Source: Gemmatimonadota bacterium (GTDB lineage: Bacteria; Gemmatimonadota; Gemmatimonadetes; Palauibacterales; KS3-K002). Taken from it: 33,023 nt of DNA. A model generated the notes under the pieces. It did no database searches. It was not told where the DNA came from and was given only the letters and a program-made list of their open reading frames with translations. A program made the position numbers and the translations under genes. Below are positions 15,397-24,256 of this stretch, one piece after another (within the stretch, counting starts at the first letter, position 1; each line of letters opens with the position of its first letter). The DNA is taken from the NCBI GenBank assembly GCA_039586795.1, contig JBDHJS010000039.1, positions 1 to 33,023 of the forward strand, given 5' to 3'.

Positions 15397-18174
15397 CTAC
15401 TCAGAACGGAGGGCCTCCATCGGGTCGACGCCGGCCGCCCGGCGCGCCGGCAGGTAGCACGCGAGTAGAGCCACGACGATGAGCGACCCGGCGACTACGG
15501 CGTACGTTAGTGGGTCCACCGGGCTGACCCCGAACAGCAGCCCCGTCATCAAACGGGTCAGTCCGTAGGCCGCGGCAAGCCCCAACGCCACGCCGATCCC
15601 CGCCAGGAAGAGTCCGTGCTTGAGGACCATCCCGGTCACCGAGCCCACTCCCGCACCCAAGGCGATGCGGATGCCGATCTCCCGGGTCTGCTGACTGACC
15701 ACGTAGGAAATCACTCCGTAGACACCAACGACAGCGAGCAGCAGGGCGACGGCGGCGGCGATCCCGAGCATCACCAGAGTGAACGATGTGCGAGCCGTAT
15801 GACCGCGAAGGATCTCGTCCATCGTCTCGACGTTTGTAAGGGGTCGGTCGGGCAGTATCGACCACACAGCCTGCTTGATCTCTGTGAGGAATGCTTGCGT
15901 CCCGACACGTGAGCTGCGGATCGCGTAGAACAGGGTGCGAACTACCAGGATCTCGTCCCCTCGCAACTCGGCGAAGTAGTCATCGACTAGCATCGGCCAG
16001 TAGACAGTGGCCACGGGGTCCTGGGTAATCCCGGAGTCCCGCACGTCGCCGACAACGCCAATGATCTCCCGCCAGCTGCCCGGAACAGTACCCGTTCCGA
16101 TTCGCTTGCCGATGGCGCTGGCCGGGTCTCCCCAGTACTCACGGGCGAAGTTCTCCGTGACCACGAGCATCCGGGCTCGCCGTTGGATGTCCGCCCACGT
16201 TAGCGTGCGGCCGGCGATGACGCGGTTGCCCATCGCTTCGTGATAGCCTCCGCCGACCCACTTGAAGCGGCGGAGCGGTGGCAGCTGACCCTCGGGGAGC
16301 GGGAAATCCTCAACGAAAATCGGGTCGAATCCACCCCGGCCGTCCATCGTTACCGAGGTGGACGGTCCTACCGACTCCACGCCGTTGACGTCAGCCAGGC
16401 GCCGGGCGATCAGCTCATGGGTCTGTGCCACCTCCTCGGGGTCCTCCACCGAGGCTGTGGGGACGGTGATGCCAAGAACGAGGATCTCCTTCGGGTTCCG
16501 GAATCCCGGGTCCGCTTCGCGGATCTCCTGAAAGCTCCTGATCATCAAGCCCGACCCGATCATCAGCACCAGCGCCAGCGTGATCTGCCCGACGACCAGC
16601 GCGCTGCGGGCTCTGTTTCGCTCGCGTCCAGCGCCGCCACCCCGCCCGCCCTCCTTGAGGGCATTGACCAGATCGATGCGCCCCACCCGCAGGACCGGGA
16701 AGAGCCCGAACGCCAGACCAGAAAGGACCGAAATCGTCAGCGTGAAGAGCAGCACGACCGGGTCGAGGGATACTTCGGCCAGCCGGGGCAGATCCTCCGG
16801 CGCGATGGCCACCAGCAATTGAAGACCGTAGTAGGCGAGCCCCAGTCCAACGACGCCGCCCAGAACGCCCAGCAGGACACTTTCCACCAGGTATTGCCCC
16901 GTCACCTGGCTTCGCTTGGCGCCGATCGCCGTGCGCACCGCCAGCTCGCGACTTCGCGCCTCGGCCCGCACCAGGAACAGGTTCGCCACGTTGGCGCAGG
17001 CGATGAGCAGGATGATACCCACCGTTCCCAGCAGCACCCAGAGTATTTCGCCCACGTCGCCCACGATGTCCTGTTTCAGAGGCCGAAGCGCCGGCGCGGC
17101 CTGCGCCTCCTCCAAGAACTCCATCGTCAGGCCGCCGGGGAAGTTCTCCACGGCTATGGGCAGTAGGCGGGCGAGGTCGGCGGTCGCCGACTCGATGGTC
17201 ACCCCGGGTTTCAATCGACCGATGCTGAAGAACGAGAAGTTGCTCACGATCAGAGTCGAGCGATCGAACTGGTAGGGCAGGTACACCGCCGGTTCGTGTT
17301 GTAGGAACCTGAAGCCACGAGGAAGCACGCCGATGATCTCCCGGAGTTCCCCGTTGATTTCGATCGTCTGGCCAAGGATCTGTGGGTCTCCGCCGAACTG
17401 ACTCTGCCAGTATCCGTAGCTGAGGACGACGCTATAGGGCGCGCCGTCCACCGTGTGCTCCGCGCTGAACAGCTGGCCGATCAGCGGTCGCACGCGAAGC
17501 GTGGGAAGCGTTCCAGCAGTGACGAAGATGGCCGGGACCCGAACGGGTTCGTCATACCCTGTTACGTTGACATCGAAGAAGTTCCACAGGCCGACCGACT
17601 CCAATGCCTGAGACTCCTCCTCGTACGTGTAGTGGACCGCCACGGACTGCGGCAGAATCTCCTCGCCGATGCCAGGGGCGGCGGAGTTCACCGTGACCAG
17701 CCGTCCCGGATCGTCGTACGGCAGCGGGTCGAGCAGTATCCCCTTCACCACGCTGAAGATCGCTGTGTTCGCACCGATGCCAATGCCGAGGGTAAGAGCC
17801 ACGACCGCGCCGAAGAGCGGCGCCCGTCGCAGTCGACGAACGGCGAGCCGCAGGTCGCGCAGGACATCGGCGACGGGAATCCATGATCCACCACGTGACC
17901 TGAGAGTGACTTCCGAGTCCTCGACGCGTCGCTCGATCCGGGGCGATGCACCGAACCGTTTGAACCCGGGGATCTCATCGGTAAGACCCATCAGGTCGCC
18001 GGCGAACGCCCGGGCCTCGGTGTCGGCCTGCTCTTCTGTCGCCCCGCGGGCCAGCGCCTCTCGGTACCGATCTTCGAGCTGCGAGGCAACCTCCTCGATC
18101 ATCTCGCTTTCGTTCGCCCCCTCGATATCGGGACGGGGCATCTGCTCGCGTACGTATCTATTCCAATCACGCAT
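15397..18174 (-). CDS. ADOP-type duplicated ABC permease (MacB/FtsX-like)
   Basis: N-terminal prefix domain, DLR.A.R.LRRAP.F, LGIGANTAIFS, LLIACANVANL, REIGIR.ALGA, PARRAA.VDP..ALR.E. Two FtsX-like halves and no ATPase domain. Confidence 0.93.
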   Translation of the reverse strand: MRDWNRYVREQMPRPDIEGANESEMIEEVASQLEDRYREALARGATEEQADTEARAFAGDLMGLTDEIPGFKRFGASPRIERRVEDSEVTLRSRGGSWIPVADVLRDLRLAVRRLRRAPLFGAVVALTLGIGIGANTAIFSVVKGILLDPLPYDDPGRLVTVNSAAPGIGEEILPQSVAVHYTYEEESQALESVGLWNFFDVNVTGYDEPVRVPAIFVTAGTLPTLRVRPLIGQLFSAEHTVDGAPYSVVLSYGYWQSQFGGDPQILGQTIEINGELREIIGVLPRGFRFLQHEPAVYLPYQFDRSTLIVSNFSFFSIGRLKPGVTIESATADLARLLPIAVENFPGGLTMEFLEEAQAAPALRPLKQDIVGDVGEILWVLLGTVGIILLIACANVANLFLVRAEARSRELAVRTAIGAKRSQVTGQYLVESVLLGVLGGVVGLGLAYYGLQLLVAIAPEDLPRLAEVSLDPVVLLFTLTISVLSGLAFGLFPVLRVGRIDLVNALKEGGRGGGAGRERNRARSALVVGQITLALVLMIGSGLMIRSFQEIREADPGFRNPKEILVLGITVPTASVEDPEEVAQTHELIARRLADVNGVESVGPSTSVTMDGRGGFDPIFVEDFPLPEGQLPPLRRFKWVGGGYHEAMGNRVIAGRTLTWADIQRRARMLVVTENFAREYWGDPASAIGKRIGTGTVPGSWREIIGVVGDVRDSGITQDPVATVYWPMLVDDYFAELRGDEILVVRTLFYAIRSSRVGTQAFLTEIKQAVWSILPDRPLTNVETMDEILRGHTARTSFTLVMLGIAAAVALLLAVVGVYGVISYVVSQQTREIGIRIALGAGVGSVTGMVLKHGLFLAGIGVALGLAAAYGLTRLMTGLLFGVSPVDPLTYAVVAGSLIVVALLACYLPARRAAGVDPMEALRSE

Positions 18175-18499
18175 GGCTCGGTTCCAATATCAGGTTCACC
18201 GCCAGGGTGAACTCGTGCCAGGTCTTTCGCTGCTCCGCCAGCGCCTGCTCGCCTTTCTTGGTCAGCCGATAGAATCGTCGCCGTCGCTCGCCCGGTAGCT
18301 CGACCCAGCGGCTCTTGATCCAGCCCTGTTCTTCCATGCGGAGAAGGATCGGGTAGAGCGAGGAGACCACGAAGCTCAAGCGCCCGCCGGACCGCTGCTC
18401 GATCAGCTTGCCGATCTCGTAGCCGTGGCGCGGCCCGTCCTGGAGCAGGGCCAGGAGGAGCAGCTGGACGCTTCCTTTTTTGAGAGTTGGGCTGAACAA
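18167..18499 (-). CDS. PadR family transcriptional regulator (ADOP-associated type)
   Basis: LKKGS..LL.LALL...PRHGYEI, SLYP.L.RME..GWI...W, RR.FY.LT..G...L. TTG start with GGGAGG RBS; overlaps the permease start. Confidence 0.93.
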   Translation of the reverse strand: MFSPTLKKGSVQLLLLALLQDGPRHGYEIGKLIEQRSGGRLSFVVSSLYPILLRMEEQGWIKSRWVELPGERRRRFYRLTKKGEQALAEQRKTWHEFTLAVNLILEPSHA

Positions 18500-18508
18500 G
18501 AGGCCTCC

Positions 18509-18548
18509 CGTATGGTGCGGTTCTATATGTTTTACTGAAACCTATACG
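18509..18548. promoter_or_regulatory. Candidate PadR operator (tandem imperfect palindromes)
   Basis: TATATGTTT-TACTG-AAACCTATA (8/9 match, 18524-18546) plus CGTATGG-N7-CTATATG, in an AT-rich patch directly upstream of the padR RBS. Confidence 0.45.
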
Positions 18549-18728
18549 AGAGGAGGGAGCTGCCGGTTTCGCCGCCGGCGCCAGTTGGGGATGCGCCTCC
18601 CGAGAAGCCAGCCCTGGAGCCAATCTCAGGCCGCTGTCCGCTTCCCGCCCCATTCTGCGCCTATCCCAATAGAGACGAGAACACGCCAGGAATCTGGCTT
18701 ATAGCCCCAACCAACAAGGAGAAGAAGA

Positions 18729-19493
18729 ATGAGAACCTACGCGACCCGACGGAGCCGGACGATCCGTCACCTCGTGCCCGCCGCCGGTCTGTTCCTGGCC
18801 GCGGTGATCATGATGGGTGTGGGCGCCACGTCGCCCAGTCACTCGCTGGTAGCCGGTCCTGACACTACGGTGTCGATCGACCTGGCCTTCGTAACGCACC
18901 TCGACATGGACATGCCGGAACAGGATGTCTACATCGAGCGCGAAGCGGGCTCGGGCAAGGTTTGGCGCGTCACCAAGGGCGACAACAACATGAACGCCCC
19001 GCTGTACGCGACGGCCCACATGGTGAAGCACGACCCATTCAACCTCGACGCCATCGGCCCCTACGAGAAGGGCAAGCCCCTGGGCTTCACCCTGGGCGAG
19101 TGGCTCAGGCATTCGGCGACCGGTACCTACCGCTGTGTCGACGGCGAAGGGTCGCTCGACATTCGCTTCAGCGGCCTGGTCCCCAACGGCGTTTACACGA
19201 TGTGGCATGCGTTCATCGCGCTGCCGCCGACAATTCCCTTCTCCGGCACTCTCGATCTGCCGCTGGGCGCACGTGATGGCTCCGAGAGCGTGTTCACGGC
19301 CGACGCGGACGGCAATGCTGCCTTCGTGCACCGCTTCAAGCCGTGCCTCGAGATGTCGGACGTTTGGACCACATCGATGCTCGCCATCAACTACCACAGC
19401 GATGGCAAGACGTATGGCGGCGACCCGGGCGAGTTCGGTTACAACGCCCATATCCCGCTGTTCCTGATGCTCCCGAATCGGGAAGGGATGTAA
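18729..19493 (+). CDS. Secreted hypothetical protein, His/Met-rich, one Cys pair
   Basis: AAGGAG RBS, basic N-region plus hydrophobic signal peptide, strong GC3 codon pattern. No family recognised. Confidence 0.85.
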   Translation: MRTYATRRSRTIRHLVPAAGLFLAAVIMMGVGATSPSHSLVAGPDTTVSIDLAFVTHLDMDMPEQDVYIEREAGSGKVWRVTKGDNNMNAPLYATAHMVKHDPFNLDAIGPYEKGKPLGFTLGEWLRHSATGTYRCVDGEGSLDIRFSGLVPNGVYTMWHAFIALPPTIPFSGTLDLPLGARDGSESVFTADADGNAAFVHRFKPCLEMSDVWTTSMLAINYHSDGKTYGGDPGEFGYNAHIPLFLMLPNREGM

Positions 19494-19509
19494 GCAAGAC
19501 GGTATCACG

Positions 19510-19539
19510 GACTGCCCGGCACACGGGTGCCGGGCAGTC
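19510..19539 (+). promoter_or_regulatory. Intra-operon 13-bp perfect stem-loop
   Basis: GACTGCCCGGCAC-ACGG-GTGCCGGGCAGTC followed by ATATATAA rather than a U-run. Confidence 0.65.
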
Positions 19540-19561
19540 ATATATAAGCGAGGAATAGATC

Positions 19562-21037
19562 ATGAAGACTCTACTTGGACTGACGGCCATCGCCGTGATA
19601 CTGGGGGCGGGACGCACAACGGTGGACAGAGCTGAGCTCATCGGCTTGCCCGCCCCGGTGACGGACGCCGACTACTACGAAGACGGGCACTTTGCGTCAG
19701 AGAAGGTAGAGTTGGGCCGCGCTCTGTTCTTTGACAAGATCCTGAGCGGCAACAAGAACATCTCGTGCGCCACGTGCCATCATCCCGACCTGGCCACCAC
19801 CGACGGAGTGGCCCTGGGGCTCGGCGAAGGCGCCGAGGGCCTGGGCGAGGATCGCAAGACCGGGAGTACTGTGGAAACTTCCGTTCATGCCCGGATCGCG
19901 CGGAATTCGCCGGCGCTGTTCAACCTGGGCGCTGAGGAATTCGAGCGGCTCTTCCTGGACGGTCGCGTCGAGACCGATCCGAACGGATACTACGAAGGCG
20001 GCTTCATCACCCCAGCCAAGTGGAAGCTACCGAGCGGTCTGGAGAACGTGCTCGCCGCGCAAGCGATGTTCCCCGTCATATCACCCGCCGAGATGGCCGG
20101 GCAGAAGACGGAGAACCCGATCGCCGATGCGGTATCGCTCAACAACGCGGCGGGCGCCGGCGGCGCCTGGCAGTTGTTGGCCGAGCGTCTTCAGCAGATC
20201 CCCGAGTACGTCGAGATGTTCAAGGCCGCCTACCCCGAGCAAGTGAAGGACGCCGACGACATCACCTACGTGCTTGCCGCCAACGCGATCGCCGCATTCG
20301 AGGCGACGGCGTTCCGCGCCGATGACAGCCCGTTCGATCGCTACCTACGTGGGTCGAGCGATGCGATGAGCCCGAAGGCGATCCGCGGCATGGAGCTGTT
20401 CTACGGCAAAGCGGGATGCGCCCGCTGCCACGATGGAAAGTTTCAGACCGATCAAGACTTCCATGCGATCGCGATGCCGCAGATCGGACCCGGCAAGTCG
20501 GACGGCAAGCATCCGGACTACTGGCGGGTGAGCGGTGAGCGGGCGTTTCTGGAGGACTTCGGTCGCGCGCGTGTGACCGTGCGGCCGGAAGATGAGTTCT
20601 GCTTCCGTACGCCGTCGCTACGCAACGTTGAGCTGACGGGCCCGTGGGGGCACGACGGCGCCTTCGACAGCCTGGAAGATGTCGTCCGCCATCACCTCGA
20701 CCCCATCGCGTCGCTCGATTCATACGAAGCCGATGCCGACGCTTTGCCCGACATGGGTAAGGTCGTCGAGCTGAACGCGAACGGCGCCCGCTGGAGCCAG
20801 AACTACTTGAACGACGTTCGCCTGGAAGGTTTCCTGATGCGGGACACATGGGTGCAATACAACGACGACCTGCGCGGGCGGATCGCCGCCGCGAACGAGC
20901 TCGCGCCGCTCGCGTTGACGGACGCCGAGGTCGAGGCGCTTGTCGCGTTTCTCAAAAGCCTGACCGATTCTTCGTCCCGAGATCTCCTGGATATCACCCC
21001 GAAGCGGGTACCGAGCGGTCTCCCGGTCGATAAATGA
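19562..21037 (+). CDS. Di-heme cytochrome c peroxidase/MauG superfamily protein (atypical)
   Basis: Signal peptide; LG..LFFD..LSGN..ISCATCH, RNSP.LFN, Q...P.....EM, G.ELFYGKAGCARCH, FRTPSLRNVELTGPWGHDG, LVAFLKSLT. Confidence 0.93.
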   Translation: MKTLLGLTAIAVILGAGRTTVDRAELIGLPAPVTDADYYEDGHFASEKVELGRALFFDKILSGNKNISCATCHHPDLATTDGVALGLGEGAEGLGEDRKTGSTVETSVHARIARNSPALFNLGAEEFERLFLDGRVETDPNGYYEGGFITPAKWKLPSGLENVLAAQAMFPVISPAEMAGQKTENPIADAVSLNNAAGAGGAWQLLAERLQQIPEYVEMFKAAYPEQVKDADDITYVLAANAIAAFEATAFRADDSPFDRYLRGSSDAMSPKAIRGMELFYGKAGCARCHDGKFQTDQDFHAIAMPQIGPGKSDGKHPDYWRVSGERAFLEDFGRARVTVRPEDEFCFRTPSLRNVELTGPWGHDGAFDSLEDVVRHHLDPIASLDSYEADADALPDMGKVVELNANGARWSQNYLNDVRLEGFLMRDTWVQYNDDLRGRIAAANELAPLALTDAEVEALVAFLKSLTDSSSRDLLDITPKRVPSGLPVDK

Positions 21038-21075
21038 TGACATAGATGATCGGCAGATTGGAGGAGGAAAATCAA

Positions 21076-21750
21076 ATGAACGGCAACAGCAAGAACGAAA
21101 TTAAACGAAGGCTGGACAGTCTGGACGCACGCATCGCGGGATGGATGGCGCGTAACGGAGTGACCTTCGTCCGCGTATCTCTGGGGATCGTGTTTCTCTG
21201 GTTCGGATCGATCAAACTGATCCCCGGCCTCAGCCCGGCCGAGGACCTGGCGGGTCAGACGATCCTGGCGTTGACCGCCGGGCTCATCAAGCCCTCCGTC
21301 AGCGTACCGCTATTGGGCGCTTGGGAAACCTTGATCGGCATCGGGCTTCTGTCCGGGAAGGCGCTGCGGGCAACGCTGGTGCTGCTGTTCGCTCAGATGG
21401 CAGGGACGGTAACACCGCTCGTGTTGTTCCCGAACCTGGTCTTTCAAGCCGAGCCGTTCGTACCGACGTTGGTGGGACAGTACATTATCAAGAACATCGT
21501 CCTGGTAAGCGCGGCAATCGTCGTTGGCGCGACGGTCCGTGGCGGGCGCCTCAAAGCGGAAGCCACGACGGAATTCTCGAGGAGTCTGATCCCGGCCGAA
21601 GCTAGGTCTCACTTGTCCGTCCTGTTTCGCGAATCGGACAAGCGTCTGTTCAAGGATGGGAAAGCCGTCGAGGGTTGGCCCGAATCCGCCAACAAGAGTA
21701 CCGACTCGGAGATCCCGCGCTTCCGCAGCCCGAGGTCGGCGATCCGCTAA
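21076..21750 (+). CDS. DoxX/DUF417-like membrane protein with a C-terminal soluble tail
   Basis: RVSLGIVFLWFG..K...G.SPAEDL, E..IG.GLL, PTL.GQYIIKN. Start at ATG 21076 after GGAGGAGG; the ORF track starts at 21046. Confidence 0.85.
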   Translation: MNGNSKNEIKRRLDSLDARIAGWMARNGVTFVRVSLGIVFLWFGSIKLIPGLSPAEDLAGQTILALTAGLIKPSVSVPLLGAWETLIGIGLLSGKALRATLVLLFAQMAGTVTPLVLFPNLVFQAEPFVPTLVGQYIIKNIVLVSAAIVVGATVRGGRLKAEATTEFSRSLIPAEARSHLSVLFRESDKRLFKDGKAVEGWPESANKSTDSEIPRFRSPRSAIR

Positions 21751-21762
21751 TCAGGCATCGGC

Positions 21763-24096
21763 CTACCCTTCCCCGAGTCGACGCAGCGCGGCCCGCGCCG
21801 AATCGACTCGGGTCTGCAGCAAGAGGCCGCTGTCGGCATCGGCGACAGCCTCGACGAATTTCCGCAGACTGCTGATCGCCGCGGCCGACTCGCCTTCCGC
21901 TTCCAGTACTCGACCCAGGAGATAGAAGCTGGGAACGCTGTAAGAAGGATCCCCCGGCCAGATCAGTTCGAGGATCTGTCGTGCTTGCGCTCGGGTCTCC
22001 GGGTAGCGGGTCATCCAATCCACCCAGCGAAAGCGGAACGGCTCCGTCTGGCCGGAGAAGTGAACCAGTGCGGTATCGACCCGCGCCAGACCCGTCACCG
22101 ACTCGCCCTCCAACGCCTGCAGGAAACCTTCCGCCGCCTGGGCCCGGACCTCCCAGATCGGCGCGTCCGTTTCGCGAGCCCGTGCTCGCGCTCGCTCGAT
22201 CACATCGCGCAAAGCGTCGGGGTCGGCGCGATCGATGGCGGCCAGAATCTCGACACGCAACCGGGCTCCCGCCGTGAGTCCACGCCCAACTCGATCATAG
22301 TAGTCCAGATCGATGTATCCCAGGTCCGAAGGCACAAGCGTCATTCGCTGCGTGGATCCTGACGACACGATGGCCTGGATTTCCGGCAACTCAAGGGTTC
22401 GCCACAAGTCGCTGAGCCGGCCGGAAGCGCCGAGCAACCTTCCCAGAAGATTGATCAGAAAGACGTCGCGAGTGTTCTCATCGACGTGCCGCCGTAACCA
22501 TTCGAGCAGCGCCCGCTGATCGGCGGCCGGCAGAGTTAGCGTCAGACGGGCCACCGGAGCCTCCGATGCGTTCCTGACCTGCCAGGCGAGATCCCGTGAC
22601 GATGTGTCCAACCCGAGAACAAGAGCGAGCGCGCGTATAAGAGCATCGACGTCGCCCGGATTCAGGATCGCGTGCGCCACCGCTCCGTAGGCTTCCTGCG
22701 CCACCCTGTTCCCCGGCGCCGCGGCCCTCAGCGCCGATACATACTGAGCGATGAGCGCCGAGTCGCCCTGGAGGGCGATTCCTAGAGGATGGACCAGCGC
22801 CGGTGTGTAGGTTGGATCCAGGCGCAGCACACGGTCGAATGGCCGGACGCGCTCTGCGGGCGGAGTTCGAGCATCCCGGAGTGGGTCCTCTTCCTCCCTT
22901 CGGTGATACTCGTTGTCGACGATCACGAACCACGCCTCTGGATCATCAGGGTATCGGTCCAGATAGCTCAGCAAGGTGTCGTCTGCCTCGGCCTCGCTTC
23001 CGGAGAATCTAAGCTCCTGCGCTACAACCAGAGTCCGCTCCCGCGTCGGCAGTCGATCTCCGTACCGATACGCAAGCCCGGCCGACCGCCGCGCTATCTC
23101 ATCGTTCACGCCGGCGGTCCACAGGATTGCCCTCGCCGTCTTGTAGTGCGCTAGGGCGAAAGCGGTATCGGCGGCAACCGCTCTCTGAAATGCGGCCACC
23201 GCTGAATCCCATTCCGATGCACGGTAGAAGCGCTCGCCAGCCAGGTAGGCCCTGATCGCCGCCGGGTCTCCAGTCGTGATCGCGCTCACGTTGAAGCGTG
23301 GGACCGGCTGCTTCGAGCGCCAGACTTCCCTCAGCAACGCGACGCTGAAGCTGTCCACCAGGGCCAGGACGTCCTCAGACGATCCGTCAACGGAAACGCT
23401 CGCCAGTTCAACGCCTTCAACCGTGTACAGGTCGCCGGCGATGACCACCTCGCGGCCCACCGCCGTCACGCTGCCCCACAAGATGGAACCCGCTTCAACC
23501 GAGGCCCCCAGCTCCAACGCGTCGCCCAATTCGATATCGATGGAGGCGAGCTGATTCCACCTCGAAAGAACGGTACGGGGATCGACGGTGCGTATCGCGC
23601 CCACCTCGTCCAGGTTGCGGGAGAGCAGGTCCACCAGCCCTTCCCCCATCACCTCCAGACCTTCACCCCGCACGTCGAATGGGAGGACGGCGATCACGTC
23701 GGCGCCGGCAGCGACTTCACCTGCGACGCCCGGCCGCACCCAGTACCAGCCGATGGCGACCACGCCCGCGATGGCGAGCAGGCCAGCTCCGTAGACCGCC
23801 CACGGCCTGAGCCGCGCGACCACCGGATCACCCTCACCGGCGGCTTTCGTCAGGCGCACCCCCTCCGGCGTCAGGTCGAACAGCCACGCGAGTGCCATGG
23901 CCACGGGAAATCCGACCAGGGAGATGATGACGAGAAGGCGGTAGAAGGAATCGGAGACGCCGAGGGCCGGAAAGACCAGATCGGCGCCCTGGAGGACGAC
24001 GAAAACGACGGCGGCGTAGGCGATCGCCACGCGGATGACGCGCCGTCGCTTGAGCTCGGCGAAGAACCCCGTCGGTTTGGTGTCTGGGTCAGCCAT
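21763..24096 (-). CDS. Membrane-anchored TolB_N-like + TPR protein
   Basis: N-terminal FFAELKRRRVIRVAIAY...GFP.A..LAW.FDLTPEG membrane module, IAVLPF...G..DLLS..L domain, TT....A.RAYL.G....A...FQRAV..D..FALA TPR repeats. Confidence 0.8.
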   Translation of the reverse strand: MADPDTKPTGFFAELKRRRVIRVAIAYAAVVFVVLQGADLVFPALGVSDSFYRLLVIISLVGFPVAMALAWLFDLTPEGVRLTKAAGEGDPVVARLRPWAVYGAGLLAIAGVVAIGWYWVRPGVAGEVAAGADVIAVLPFDVRGEGLEVMGEGLVDLLSRNLDEVGAIRTVDPRTVLSRWNQLASIDIELGDALELGASVEAGSILWGSVTAVGREVVIAGDLYTVEGVELASVSVDGSSEDVLALVDSFSVALLREVWRSKQPVPRFNVSAITTGDPAAIRAYLAGERFYRASEWDSAVAAFQRAVAADTAFALAHYKTARAILWTAGVNDEIARRSAGLAYRYGDRLPTRERTLVVAQELRFSGSEAEADDTLLSYLDRYPDDPEAWFVIVDNEYHRREEEDPLRDARTPPAERVRPFDRVLRLDPTYTPALVHPLGIALQGDSALIAQYVSALRAAAPGNRVAQEAYGAVAHAILNPGDVDALIRALALVLGLDTSSRDLAWQVRNASEAPVARLTLTLPAADQRALLEWLRRHVDENTRDVFLINLLGRLLGASGRLSDLWRTLELPEIQAIVSSGSTQRMTLVPSDLGYIDLDYYDRVGRGLTAGARLRVEILAAIDRADPDALRDVIERARARARETDAPIWEVRAQAAEGFLQALEGESVTGLARVDTALVHFSGQTEPFRFRWVDWMTRYPETRAQARQILELIWPGDPSYSVPSFYLLGRVLEAEGESAAAISSLRKFVEAVADADSGLLLQTRVDSARAALRRLGEG

Positions 24097-24256
24097 AGAA
24101 TGAAGACTAATCGCGTTGCGGTGCCCGGGGCAAACTAACCACTACGGTCGCCCACGTCATCTTAGATAGACTGGCAACCCTATACGTTGGGTGCGGGTCC
24201 AATAATTAGCTCAACGGGTTAGCCTCGACCATCGATCCCCCCGACGGAAAAGACCG

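Noticed and set aside
16240..17166. Long antisense ORFs (also 4448-5242, 18699-19541, 25187-25981, 28705-29463 and those within 10-1066)
   Set aside because: They lie opposite well-supported genes, have no recognisable motifs, and are expected in high-GC DNA.
18729..18790. Tat signal in the His/Met-rich protein (TRRSRTI)
   Set aside because: Lacks the hydrophobic F-L positions of the consensus, so the export route is left undetermined.
19562..21037. Calling the di-heme gene mauG or ccp
   Set aside because: No methylamine dehydrogenase genes are nearby, and the diagnostic Tyr/Met ligand and inter-heme Trp are absent.
24125..24170. GGGCAAAC motif resembling a c-di-GMP-I riboswitch start
   Set aside because: No GNRA-capped P2 stem or downstream conserved elements.
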